Assembly: GCA_001189195.1 (NCBI GenBank)
Contig: LFCQ01000003.1
Location: forward strand, 7,059-71,058
From: Parcubacteria bacterium C7867-007
GTDB taxonomy: Bacteria; Patescibacteriota; Minisyncoccia; Phycocordibacterales; Phycocordibacteraceae
Direction: 5' to 3'
Length of the DNA stretch: 64,000 nucleotides
The translations under genes and the position numbers were made by a program. Of this stretch, positions 48,836 through 58,655 are shown in pieces (the stretch's first letter is position 1; each line of letters begins with the position of its first letter). Below the pieces are notes generated by a model. It did not search any database. It saw nothing but the letters and a program-made list of their open reading frames with translations, and was not told where the DNA came from.

Positions 48836-50908
48836 ATGAGCAACTTCAAGCTCCATGTGCCATTTCCTCCTGCGGGTGACCAGCCTAAGGCAATAAAAGA
48901 CCTCGTAAAGGGGGTTAAGGATGGTCTGAGATATCAGACTCTTCTTGGTGCAACAGGCACCGGAAAGACCTATACGGTGGCAAACATTGTTGCACAGATT
49001 GATAAGCCAACGCTGGTAATGGCACACAACAAAACCCTTGCAGCACAGCTTGCCCAAGAGTATCGCGAGTTCTTTCCAGAGAATGCAGTCCATTACTTTG
49101 TCTCCTATTACGACTACTACCAGCCAGAGGCGTACATTGCGCACTCAGATACATACATCGAAAAGGAAGCACAGATCAACGCTGAGATTGACCGTCTTCG
49201 TCATGCCGCAACACAGGCACTGCTAACGCGTAAGGATGTGCTGATTGTTGCCTCGGTGTCAGCAATCTACGGTCTTGGCTCACCTGCTCAATATGAAAAG
49301 GTGCACATCAAACTTGTGAAAGGAGGCAAGGAAGACCGTGCATCACTTATACGCAAGTTGATTGGTATTTATTTTGAGCGAACCAACGCAGACCTGGAAC
49401 CAGGAAAACTCCGTGCGGTGGGTAACTCGCTTGAGCTCATGCCTGTGAATGAGCGCGCCATATACCGCATCGTATTCACGGGTGATGAAATCAGCCTGAT
49501 TGAATGCCTTGATCCTGTTTCTCGTGCAAAAACAGGGGAGCCAGACTCCCTATTTGTATTCCCTGCAAAACACTTTGTTTCTAGTGAGGATGAACGCACT
49601 AAAGCACTTGAGAGTATTCGTGCAGAACTTGATGAGCGTCTTGAGCAGCTAAAGCGCGAGGAGAAGCCGCTTGAAGCAGAGCGCCTTAAACGGCGTACAC
49701 TCCATGACATCGCATTGATCAGAGAGATTGGCTATTCAGGCGGTATTGAAAACTACTCACGACACTTTGATGGGCGTGCACCCGGTGAACCACCCCATAC
49801 ACTCCTCTCCTATTTCCCACACAAGGAGGATGGTTCAGCAGACTTCCTCACCGTGATTGATGAATCTCATGTGGCTGTGTCTCAGATTGGTGGCATGTAC
49901 GCAGGAGATAAGTCACGCAAGGATATTCTTGTTGAACATGGCTTCCGCCTCCCCTCTGCACGTGATAACCGACCTCTTAAGTTCGATGAGTTTGAGAAGA
50001 GGATTGGGCAAGTGATCTTCACCTCTGCAACGCCAGGAAACTACGAGCGTGAACACTCAATTGCGCCTGAGGGCCAAGTGGTACAGCAAATCATTCGTCC
50101 AACAGGTCTTGTGGACCCAGAACTGGTGGTACGTCCTATTAATGAAACGGGAGAATACAAGGGACAGGTTGCTGACTTTATCATTGAGGCGGAGAAGACT
50201 ATCAAGGGAGGAGGTCGTGCGCTTGCAACCACCCTCACCAAACAGATGGCCGAAGACCTTGCTGACTTCCTTCGTCAGAAGGGTATTAAGTCTGAATATC
50301 TCCACAGTGACATTAAAACCATTGAACGTATTGATATCCTCACTGCATTCCGAAAGGGAGAGTTCGATATTCTTGTTGGCGTGAACCTTCTCCGTGAGGG
50401 TCTCGATCTTCCAGAAGTTGAACTGGTGGGTATTCTTGATGCTGATAAGGAAGGATTCTTGCGTTCAGAAACCTCACTCATTCAAACGATTGGCCGTGCT
50501 GCGCGTAACATTCTTGGTCGCGTGATTCTCTATGCAGATGTCATGACGGGCTCTCTCACCCGTGCCATTGAAGAGACGGAGCGCCGTCGGACGATTCAGC
50601 TTGCATACAACAAAGAACACGGCATCACCCCTATTACGATCAAGAAGGAGATCAAGGATATTGCTGAAAGTATGAGAAGTGAGCACCAGAAGACCGTACA
50701 CACACTTCTGGAACTAGATGCAAAGCTATATCAGGAAGATCCAAAGACATTCCTTGCTGACAAACGAAAGCAAATGAATGAAGCCGTTGAAGCACTAGAC
50801 TTTGAAACAGCTGCCATCATCCGTGATGAGATATATACCCTTGAAGGAAAAGAAGTTCCCGAGAAGAAAGCAACACGTGCACGTACCGGAAGACGAAAGG
50901 GGCGTTAA
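48836..50908 (+). CDS. uvrB: Excinuclease ABC subunit B
   Basis: GATGTGKT, HNKTLAAQL, YYDYYQPEAY, DESH, QTIGRAARN. Confidence 0.98.
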   Translation: MSNFKLHVPFPPAGDQPKAIKDLVKGVKDGLRYQTLLGATGTGKTYTVANIVAQIDKPTLVMAHNKTLAAQLAQEYREFFPENAVHYFVSYYDYYQPEAYIAHSDTYIEKEAQINAEIDRLRHAATQALLTRKDVLIVASVSAIYGLGSPAQYEKVHIKLVKGGKEDRASLIRKLIGIYFERTNADLEPGKLRAVGNSLELMPVNERAIYRIVFTGDEISLIECLDPVSRAKTGEPDSLFVFPAKHFVSSEDERTKALESIRAELDERLEQLKREEKPLEAERLKRRTLHDIALIREIGYSGGIENYSRHFDGRAPGEPPHTLLSYFPHKEDGSADFLTVIDESHVAVSQIGGMYAGDKSRKDILVEHGFRLPSARDNRPLKFDEFEKRIGQVIFTSATPGNYEREHSIAPEGQVVQQIIRPTGLVDPELVVRPINETGEYKGQVADFIIEAEKTIKGGGRALATTLTKQMAEDLADFLRQKGIKSEYLHSDIKTIERIDILTAFRKGEFDILVGVNLLREGLDLPEVELVGILDADKEGFLRSETSLIQTIGRAARNILGRVILYADVMTGSLTRAIEETERRRTIQLAYNKEHGITPITIKKEIKDIAESMRSEHQKTVHTLLELDAKLYQEDPKTFLADKRKQMNEAVEALDFETAAIIRDEIYTLEGKEVPEKKATRARTGRRKGR

Positions 50909-50929
50909 GCGGATGCTATTATAGTGTTC

Positions 50930-52033
50930 ATGAAGCCCATGAGCATCCGAATGATGATGGCGCTGCTATTTGTTGGCACGCTAGGTCTTTCGTATGGATT
51001 TGTTCTCCTCACCATTGTTCTTCTTGAAGGACAGCTCCAACTTCTCCTTCCAGCCGATCTTGTTCCGCAGGTGATGAATGGAATACATACACTTTTTCTC
51101 TTTCAGGTAATTGCGATTGGTATTGTTGCTGCGGTTCTGGCAATAATTGCATTCTTTATGCTTAGTTCAATCGTTGTCGTACCTCTTCGAAAAGTGTTGG
51201 GTGTTATGGCAGCATTCTCAGAACGAGGTGAGCGTCAACCTATGCCCACATCCGGCATGATGCCTGCAGAAATAAGTACTCTTGCAGAGGTCCTCACGCA
51301 CTACATGGACAGAGTGGAAGCGGCACACAATAAAGATACCGAGATATCACGCGTTAAATCAGACTTTATCTCGACTGCCGCCCATCAACTCCGCACTCCT
51401 CTCACGGGCATTCGCTGGGCACTCGAAGCTCTTGAACGTGAAGGACTTTCTCAAGAACAACAGGTGTTGGTTAAGAGTGCTGTTGATAAGAGTCATGATC
51501 TCGTGGCCATTGTTGGTACCTTGCTTGATATCTCCTCTATTGAATCAGGAAAGTACAAGTACACCTTTGCTCCGGTTGATATGACCCAATTGGTCTCAGA
51601 GGTAACTGGTGACTTCACTCCTTTAGCAACACAACGCAAAGTTTCTCTAAACTATGCTCCAAGCAGGGAACAGCTCCCTCCTGTTAAGGCAGATCGCGAT
51701 CGCATTAAGTGGATTCTCAATAACCTCATTGAGAACGCTATTCGGTACACTCCTGATGGCGGTTCGATCACTGTTTCCACAAACCGTGCCGCTAAACAGG
51801 TACAGGTTCGTGTACGTGATACCGGTATTGGTATTCCAGAGACAGAGCGTGGGAACATATTTGAGCGCTTCTTCCGTGCAGGAAATGCAATCACCAAAGA
51901 GAACCAGGGAAATGGTCTCGGTCTGTATATAGCACGTACTATTGCCACAGATCATGGGGGAGATCTTGATTTCGTAGCAAATACTGAGGGTCCGGGTACC
52001 ACCTTTATCCTCTCCTTCCCGATTCCAAGCTAG
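50930..52033 (+). CDS. Sensor histidine kinase (2 TM, HAMP, HisKA, HATPase)
   Basis: AAHQLRTPLT, NLIENAIRY, DTGIGI, GNGLGLYI. Confidence 0.95.
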   Translation: MKPMSIRMMMALLFVGTLGLSYGFVLLTIVLLEGQLQLLLPADLVPQVMNGIHTLFLFQVIAIGIVAAVLAIIAFFMLSSIVVVPLRKVLGVMAAFSERGERQPMPTSGMMPAEISTLAEVLTHYMDRVEAAHNKDTEISRVKSDFISTAAHQLRTPLTGIRWALEALEREGLSQEQQVLVKSAVDKSHDLVAIVGTLLDISSIESGKYKYTFAPVDMTQLVSEVTGDFTPLATQRKVSLNYAPSREQLPPVKADRDRIKWILNNLIENAIRYTPDGGSITVSTNRAAKQVQVRVRDTGIGIPETERGNIFERFFRAGNAITKENQGNGLGLYIARTIATDHGGDLDFVANTEGPGTTFILSFPIPS

Positions 52034-52051
52034 TGGTATACTTTTGATACT

Positions 52052-52798
52052 ATGGCTGACACGAAATTCATTCTGGTCGTTGAAGACGATCCAATTCTTA
52101 AAAACCTTTTAGGTCACACCTTCGCAGGCAAGTACCAGACGCTATATGCATCAAACGGTGCAGAAGCTCTTGCACTTATTAACCAGTACACTCCTGCAGT
52201 GGTGCTTCTGGATCTTATGCTTCCAGACATGGATGGCTTCACTATTCTAAAGACTATCCGTGAACGTGCAGATGCCGCTAAGTCTGTACCAGTTATTATT
52301 GTTTCAAATCTTGGACAGCAGTCAGACAAGGATCGTGCTCTTTCTATTGGAGCAAACGACTACATTGTTAAAGCAGAAGTTGATATTGAGGAGATTGTAG
52401 GGCGTATTGAGAAGATGCTTGAACCTTCGGGGGCTGTTCCATCAGTTCCTGTTGCGGCGACAGACCCAACCCTTGTTTCTCAGGTACCAGAGCCCATGTC
52501 TATACCAACCGCACCAGGCCCTATAGCAATGGCTATGCCGGTATCTCCTGCACCAATGCCAGCTCCAGTGGCAGAGGTCCCTATGCCACAATCTGCAGCT
52601 CCAATGCCTGAAGCAATACCTGTTGTTGCAGTTCCAGAACCAACTGCACCTATAGCAATGGCTATGCCTGAAGCAGCACCGATGATGCCTGCTCCTCCCG
52701 TACCACCTGCAATGCCAGATCCACTTTCTGGACTCATGCCGAGCAATCCTGAAGCCGCAATGACAGAGGGAACTCAGGAGAAGCCTTTCATCGTTTAG
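52052..52798 (+). CDS. Response regulator receiver domain with Pro/Ala/Met-rich tail
   Basis: LVVEDD, LLDLMLP, IIVSN, GANDYIVK; no DNA-binding domain. Confidence 0.9.
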   Translation: MADTKFILVVEDDPILKNLLGHTFAGKYQTLYASNGAEALALINQYTPAVVLLDLMLPDMDGFTILKTIRERADAAKSVPVIIVSNLGQQSDKDRALSIGANDYIVKAEVDIEEIVGRIEKMLEPSGAVPSVPVAATDPTLVSQVPEPMSIPTAPGPIAMAMPVSPAPMPAPVAEVPMPQSAAPMPEAIPVVAVPEPTAPIAMAMPEAAPMMPAPPVPPAMPDPLSGLMPSNPEAAMTEGTQEKPFIV

Positions 52799-52881
52799 CT
52801 AAGAGATAAGCGCAAAATAGGTGAATGCGCTATACTCACTACGTACCAGTCCCACCATGGACTGGGGCAATTCCATAGGAT

Positions 52882-55539
52882 ATGAAAAAGCCTTTAAAGA
52901 ACTCTGAAGACGCACACGCGCAATTCACTGGTGAAAACTGGATTGAAGTGAAGGGTGCACGTACGCACAATTTAAAGAACCTCTCGGTAAAGCTACCAAG
53001 AGGGGCTATGACTGTGCTCACGGGTCTTTCTGGTTCGGGCAAGTCATCATTGGCCTTCGATACCATCTTTGCAGAAGGTCAGCGCCGCTATGTGGAATCG
53101 CTCTCAGCCTATGCCCGACAATTCCTCAATCAAATGCAGAAGCCGGATGTTGATGAAATCACCGGTCTGTCTCCTGCTATTTCTATAGATCAGAAGTCTC
53201 GTTCAAATAATCCCCGTTCAACCGTTGCAACGGTAACTGAAATCTATGACTACCTCCGCGTGCTCTATGCACGTGCTGGTCAGCCGTACTGTACGCAGCA
53301 TGATGTACCAATCTCGCGCCTTTCAAAGGAAGAAATGATTCGTTTGGTGTGGGGCCGCGTGCAGGCGAAGACGGGAGAGGGTGAAAAAGTGATGGGTGTT
53401 GAGTTCGATCGCTCAACCGTAACGATATACGCGCCTGTGGTTGTAGGTCGCAAAGGTGAATACTATCAACTCCTCTATGATCTTCTTGGTCGTGGGTATG
53501 AACGCGTTGTTATCAATGGGACAGAGCAGTCTCTGCGTGAGAAAGCAGTATTGGATCGTAACAAGCGTCATGAAATTGATGCCGTCGTTGATTCTATTTT
53601 TGTATCTGAGTTCGTACGTACTCCAGATGGTGCACGTGAGCGTCTCTCAGAAGCACTGGAGCTCGCACTAAAGGAAGCAGATGGTCTTGTGAAGATAAAA
53701 CATGCAGACGGTACGATTGAGACACTTTCTTCCAAGTTCATCTGCCCTGATGACGGTATGTCTTTCCCAGAGGTAGAGCCCCGTCTCTTCTCATTCAACA
53801 GCCCGTATGGAGCATGTCCTGCGTGTAACGGTTTAGGTACCAAGTCTCTCTTTTCGGATGAAGTGTGTCCTGTCTGTGAAGGGAAGCGTCTGCGTCCTGA
53901 AGCACTGCGTGTATATCTTGGACAGAAGAAGAACACCAAGGAACACCCGCTTGGTCGTAACGTAGTGGATTTCACTGACTTCTCCATTAAGGATGCCAAG
54001 GATTTCATGGATAATCTTCAGCTCTCAGATATGCGCATGGAGATTGCCAAGCCAATCATTCGTGAGATCACTGCACGTCTCGACTTCATGCTAAACGTGG
54101 GGCTCGACTACCTCACCCTTAATCGTTCCGCAGCAACCCTTTCAGGAGGTGAGTCTCAACGTATTCGTCTTGCCTCACAACTTGGTACCGGCCTCGTGGG
54201 TGCGTTGTACGTGCTTGATGAGCCAACCATTGGTTTGCATCAGCGTGATAACGATCGACTCATTAAAACTATGCTCACACTCAAGGAGCTCGGCAATACC
54301 ATCCTTGTGGTGGAGCATGATGAAGATACTATTTATGCTGCAGACTACATTGTGGACATCGGTCCCGGAGCCGGGGTGCATGGAGGCAGGGTGGTTGCTG
54401 AAGGATGGTTAGATGATCTGCTCACGGCACCAAAGAATGATTCAGGTTCCCTCACCCTTTCATACCTTCGAGAAGAAACACGTATTGAACTGCCTGAAGA
54501 GCGTCGTACCAGTGATAAGGGAAGTATCAAGGTGAAGGGAGCAACACTCCATAACCTTAAGAACCAGAATATTGATGTACCCCTAGGAAAGCTTGTGTGT
54601 ATCACCGGTGTCTCCGGTTCAGGAAAGTCCACCTTCCTCTACGATATCCTTCATCGCAACGTTGCCGCCCGCTTTGCAAAGCGTGAAGTGAAGCTTGAAA
54701 ACGTGGCGAGCATAACGGGTACCGAGTATCTTGCTCGTGTGGTACTTATCGATCAATCTGCTATTGGTCGTACTCCCCGTTCTAACCCTGCAACATACAC
54801 AGGAGCGTTCACTCATATCCGTGATCTCTTCTCATCAACCAGTGAGGCTCGTGCTCGTGGCTGGAAGCCAGGACGCTTCTCATTCAACGTACCAGGAGGT
54901 CGCTGTGAGGCATGTCAGGGCAATGGCATGATCGCTGTGGAGATGCACTTCCTTCCAACGGTGTATGTGACCTGCGATGTGTGTGAAGGAAAGCGATTCA
55001 TGAAAGAAACCCTTGAGGTTACCTATCGTGGAAGAAGTATTCATGATGTTCTTCAAATGACTGTTGAAGAAGCTGCCAAGTTCTTCGAGGACATTCCTTC
55101 TATCGGCGAACGTCTTGAAACACTTAAATCAACCGGTCTCGAATATTTAACCCTTGGCCAGTCTGCAACCACCCTTTCCGGTGGTGAAGCACAACGTGTG
55201 AAGATTGCTGCTGAGTTGTACCGCCCAACAACCATGAAGACACTCTATCTTCTAGACGAACCAACGGTTGGTCTTCACTACGAAGATGTCCGCAAACTTA
55301 TTGAGATTCTTCAGGAACTCGTACGCAGGGGCAACACGGTGGTGGTGATTGAACACAACCTTGATCTCGTAAAGTCTGCAGACTATCTCATAGACTTTGG
55401 TCCAGAGGGTGGTATCAAAGGAGGAAAGATTATTGCAAAGGGAACTCCAGAGGAAGTTGCTGAAGCAGAGGGCTCATATACAGGGGAATACCTTGCAAAG
55501 ATCCTCAAGAAACATCGTAAGAAGGTGAAGGAGGGATAA
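52882..55539 (+). CDS. uvrA: Excinuclease ABC subunit A
   Basis: GLSGSGKSSLAFDT, LSGGESQRIRLA, GVSGSGKS, Zn fingers. Confidence 0.98.
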   Translation: MKKPLKNSEDAHAQFTGENWIEVKGARTHNLKNLSVKLPRGAMTVLTGLSGSGKSSLAFDTIFAEGQRRYVESLSAYARQFLNQMQKPDVDEITGLSPAISIDQKSRSNNPRSTVATVTEIYDYLRVLYARAGQPYCTQHDVPISRLSKEEMIRLVWGRVQAKTGEGEKVMGVEFDRSTVTIYAPVVVGRKGEYYQLLYDLLGRGYERVVINGTEQSLREKAVLDRNKRHEIDAVVDSIFVSEFVRTPDGARERLSEALELALKEADGLVKIKHADGTIETLSSKFICPDDGMSFPEVEPRLFSFNSPYGACPACNGLGTKSLFSDEVCPVCEGKRLRPEALRVYLGQKKNTKEHPLGRNVVDFTDFSIKDAKDFMDNLQLSDMRMEIAKPIIREITARLDFMLNVGLDYLTLNRSAATLSGGESQRIRLASQLGTGLVGALYVLDEPTIGLHQRDNDRLIKTMLTLKELGNTILVVEHDEDTIYAADYIVDIGPGAGVHGGRVVAEGWLDDLLTAPKNDSGSLTLSYLREETRIELPEERRTSDKGSIKVKGATLHNLKNQNIDVPLGKLVCITGVSGSGKSTFLYDILHRNVAARFAKREVKLENVASITGTEYLARVVLIDQSAIGRTPRSNPATYTGAFTHIRDLFSSTSEARARGWKPGRFSFNVPGGRCEACQGNGMIAVEMHFLPTVYVTCDVCEGKRFMKETLEVTYRGRSIHDVLQMTVEEAAKFFEDIPSIGERLETLKSTGLEYLTLGQSATTLSGGEAQRVKIAAELYRPTTMKTLYLLDEPTVGLHYEDVRKLIEILQELVRRGNTVVVIEHNLDLVKSADYLIDFGPEGGIKGGKIIAKGTPEEVAEAEGSYTGEYLAKILKKHRKKVKEG

Positions 55540-55598
55540 AAGGAAAGCGGCGCGATTCATTCGCGCCGCCCTTTTGTCTCCCCAATGTGCGTGCCGAG

Positions 55599-55961
55599 CT
55601 ATTCGGCGGCCTGCAGTACGACCACAGGCCGTTCCAGGGAAGTGTCCCAGCGTGCATCCGTGCAGAGCAGAGTGATCCTGAACGCCGTGCAGCCGGCGAT
55701 CGATTCGATCACGAGGCGCTCGCAAGGTTGGCCATAGATCATTTCGCCGGCACGATGTCCGCACTCGCCGGGCCGCACATGCTTGATGCGGGCGAAGTCG
55801 TTGACATTCACCTCACAGGCAGTCGCGACGTGTCTGAGGAAATTGCCCTCTTCCTCGTCAGCGAATCCACTGACCATGAACTTGCGTTCACTTTCAAGAT
55901 CGATCTCACCGCATGTCATTGCGCGGTCACGGACCGATCTCATACCACAGATACTTGCCAT
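55599..55961 (-). CDS. Hypothetical protein, GC-rich
   Basis: SD GGAGAG; TTGACA(56015-56010)-N16-TATGGT; hairpin GCGGCGCGA/TCGCGCCGC near 55549-55570. Confidence 0.5.
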   Translation of the reverse strand: MASICGMRSVRDRAMTCGEIDLESERKFMVSGFADEEEGNFLRHVATACEVNVNDFARIKHVRPGECGHRAGEMIYGQPCERLVIESIAGCTAFRITLLCTDARWDTSLERPVVVLQAAE

Positions 55962-56037
55962 TTGTTCTCTCCACAAAACCCGCTAATACCATAGCGTAAT
56001 TCGCCCTAATGTCAATTTACTGGCATACTGACTATCT

Positions 56038-57294
56038 ATGCAGCGTAGTGATCTAACTAAGTTTGAACTGCCCGATGTACCTGGTGTCTATTTGTTTACG
56101 CAGGGCAAAGGGAAGTCTAAGAAGGTGTTGTACGTGGGGAAAGCTACATCCCTGCGTGATCGTGTGCGCTCCTATTTTGATATTGAACTCATTGCCACCC
56201 GTGGTCCCCGTATTGTGGATATGGTTACGCAAGCAGACGGAGTAATGCACGAGACCACACCAACGGTACTTGAAGCACTGGTGCGTGAAGCAGCATTTAT
56301 ACGTCGCTATGATCCACCTGCAAACACGCTAGGGAAGGATGGCAAGTCTTTCCTGTATGCAGTTATCACCGACGAACAGATTCCGCGAGTACTTGCTATT
56401 CGTGGCAAGGATATTGATTTTGAAAACCTGCAGGCAGGGGATACAAAGCTCAAAGCAACCTATGGCCCGTTCCCTTCTGGATTCCAGTTACGTGAGGCAT
56501 TGCGTCTCATTCGTCGCATCTTCCCTTTCTATGACACTGCACGACCAGTTGGAGAGGGAAATAAGCACCTGCAAGCCAAGGTGGAGTTCAATCGTCAGAT
56601 TGGGCAGTATCCAAAAGACATGAGCAAGAGTGAATACATGCGCTCTATTCGTAACGTGGGGATGTTCCTTGCAGGGAATGTTAAAGCACTACGCACTCAG
56701 CTCACCAAGGATATGAAGGCTGCTGCTAAGGCAGAGAACTTTGAGGATGCTGCAGTGATGCGCAGACAATTGTTTGCTCTAGATCATGTGCAGGATGTTT
56801 CCCTTATCAAAGAAGATCGCAGTGAAGACAAAGCTGCACCACGTATTGAAGCATATGACACTGCACATCTTTCAGGTACCAATGCGATTGGTGTTATGAC
56901 CGTAGTTGAGAATGGTCTCACCATGAAGCGTGACTATCGAACCTTTAAGATTCAAGGACGTGGAGGCAAGTCCACAAATGATGATATTGCATCTCTCAAA
57001 GAGATCCTCTCACGTCGTCTAGGGCACCCAGAATGGCCTATGCCACGCGCAATTGTTGTTGATGGAGGCAAGACACACAAGAAGGCTGCAGAGGAAGTAC
57101 TGGCGCAATATGAGATCGGCATTCCTGTTGCTGCAGTGGTGAAGGATGAGAAGCATCGCCCCCGTGAAGTGCTGGGTGCAGTACGGGCGGGTATTAGCGA
57201 AGCCGATGCGGTGCTTGCCAATAGTGAGGCACATCGATTCTCTATAACCCTTCACCGAAAGGCTCGGAATAAGACCATGCGAAAAGGTGCTTGA
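56038..57294 (+). CDS. uvrC: Excinuclease ABC subunit C (short form)
   Basis: GIY-YIG 'PGVYLF...LYVGKATSLRDRVRSYF', UVR domain, RIEAYDTAHLSG, VVDGG; no HhH tail. Confidence 0.93.
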   Translation: MQRSDLTKFELPDVPGVYLFTQGKGKSKKVLYVGKATSLRDRVRSYFDIELIATRGPRIVDMVTQADGVMHETTPTVLEALVREAAFIRRYDPPANTLGKDGKSFLYAVITDEQIPRVLAIRGKDIDFENLQAGDTKLKATYGPFPSGFQLREALRLIRRIFPFYDTARPVGEGNKHLQAKVEFNRQIGQYPKDMSKSEYMRSIRNVGMFLAGNVKALRTQLTKDMKAAAKAENFEDAAVMRRQLFALDHVQDVSLIKEDRSEDKAAPRIEAYDTAHLSGTNAIGVMTVVENGLTMKRDYRTFKIQGRGGKSTNDDIASLKEILSRRLGHPEWPMPRAIVVDGGKTHKKAAEEVLAQYEIGIPVAAVVKDEKHRPREVLGAVRAGISEADAVLANSEAHRFSITLHRKARNKTMRKGA

Positions 57295-57319
57295 CAAGAT
57301 AAGGATAGTACGGTAGGGT
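57291..57319 (+). promoter_or_regulatory. Sigma70-type promoter
   Basis: TTGACA-N17-TAGGGT overlapping the uvrC stop. Confidence 0.55.
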
Positions 57320-57321
57320 AT

Positions 57322-57548
57322 TCCCAGACCCATCAACACGGAACGGGAAAACGCCCATGATTTGGAATTCCACCAAGGCGTAAGGGAAGAGCCCCAGAAG
57401 TGAGCTTCTGACAAAAGCCACAGCAACTCTGGCCCCCTTGCGTCTTTCGCTAGGATTCTCACACAATCTTAGCGACTCTCGTGTCGTACCGACGAGCCCA
57501 GAGGCCATGGATTTTCTTTTTTTAGAAAGTTCATGGCCTCACCTTTTT
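57322..57548 (+). ncRNA. Candidate structured RNA or leader, family not recognised
   Basis: Promoter upstream, several hairpins, terminator-like GAGGCCATG/CATGGCCTC followed by ACCTTTTT. Confidence 0.4.
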
Positions 57549-57578
57549 ATATACATGGTGCTGGTATACTCTTTTTAT

Positions 57579-58562
57579 ATGCGTGGCACAGTAGTCGGAG
57601 TATTGCGTGGTGGCCCTTCTCGAGAGTATGAAGTCTCGCTTGCTAGTGGTCATGCAATCATCGCGAATCTCCCTAAAGAGCACTTCACGGTGCGTGATAT
57701 TTATATAGACAAGCAAGGAGTATGGCATGAGCGTGGTCGTCCTGTTACACCGCATCGTGCACTTCATTCCTTAGATGTTGTAGTGATTGGTTTGCATGGT
57801 GAATATGGAGAAGATGGTGAAGTGCAGAAGCTTTTGGAAAAGAGTGGAGTTCCCTATACCGGTTCAGATTCATTCTCCTCATTTGTTGCAATGCATAAAG
57901 TGCTCTCCAAAGAGAGAGCTAAACAAGCTGGACTCAAAACTCCCAACTACTACTACATTGAAGAAAGTACCGCTCCCCATCACATGGAGCATATGCTTCG
58001 TGAGGTGGTACGTACTTGGCCACAACCCGTAGTGGTGAAACCAACACGCTGGGGATCTTCTGTGGGTGTGACTATGACGACGGGATACGCACCTCTCCAC
58101 ACCGCAGTAACAGGATTATTGGCGCAAGGTGCAGGAGGAGTACTTGTTGAGGAATATGTAAAGGGAACTGAAGCCACTGCAGGAGTGGTGGAAGAGATGC
58201 GGGGAGAGAAACTATACGCACTTCCTCCTGTTGAAATCATTCCTCCTTCCTCAGACTTCTTCTCATACGAAGCTAAGTACTCGGGTATCTCCAAAGAAGT
58301 ATGCCCGGGACGCTTTGATAAGCAGGTACAGGCAGAACTAGAGCGGCAGGCACGGGTTATGCATGATGCACTGGGTCTTCGCCACTACTCCCGATCAGAC
58401 TTCATTGTCACCCCCAAAGGTATCTACTACCTGGAGACCAACTCTCTCCCTGGTCTCACCAATGAATCACTCCTTCTTTCCTCCTTGTCGGCTGTGGGGA
58501 TCTCCTTTAGTGATTTCCTATCCCATATAGTTGCCCTTGCACGAGCAGGCAAGAAACGGTAA
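57579..58562 (+). CDS. ddl: D-alanine--D-alanine ligase
   Basis: GGPSREYEVSLASG, LHGEYGEDG, VPYTGS, GSSVG, YEAKY, SRSDF, LETNSLPG. Confidence 0.96.
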   Translation: MRGTVVGVLRGGPSREYEVSLASGHAIIANLPKEHFTVRDIYIDKQGVWHERGRPVTPHRALHSLDVVVIGLHGEYGEDGEVQKLLEKSGVPYTGSDSFSSFVAMHKVLSKERAKQAGLKTPNYYYIEESTAPHHMEHMLREVVRTWPQPVVVKPTRWGSSVGVTMTTGYAPLHTAVTGLLAQGAGGVLVEEYVKGTEATAGVVEEMRGEKLYALPPVEIIPPSSDFFSYEAKYSGISKEVCPGRFDKQVQAELERQARVMHDALGLRHYSRSDFIVTPKGIYYLETNSLPGLTNESLLLSSLSAVGISFSDFLSHIVALARAGKKR

Positions 58563-58601
58563 AGTTTCCCCTATAGAAACGGCTTTTAGTCGTTTCTATG
58601 C

Positions 58602-58651
58602 GGGCCGTTAGCTCAGTTGGTAGAGCGCTTCATTTGCAATGAATAAGTCAA
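58602..58651 (+). pseudogene. tRNA-Ala(TGC), 5' part only (T-arm and 3' acceptor strand missing)
   Basis: GGGCCGT TAGCTCAGTTGGTAGAGCG CTTCA TTTGCAA TGAAT AAGTCA, then unrelated sequence with no TTCGA loop. Confidence 0.85.
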
Positions 58652-58655
58652 CAGG

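Noticed and set aside
10682-55235. Many antisense ORFs inside clpB, parB, topA, uvrA/B and other core genes
   Set aside because: Shadow frames of well-supported genes with no independent signals.
55587-55994. Plus-strand 135-aa ORF between uvrA and uvrC
   Set aside because: The minus-strand ORF has the promoter and SD; the plus frame is probably its shadow, although this is not certain.
6928-57294. Short IF2, DnaX, UvrC and Rel interpreted as pseudogenes
   Set aside because: Catalytic motifs are intact and the frames are uninterrupted; loss of accessory domains is usual in reduced CPR genomes.
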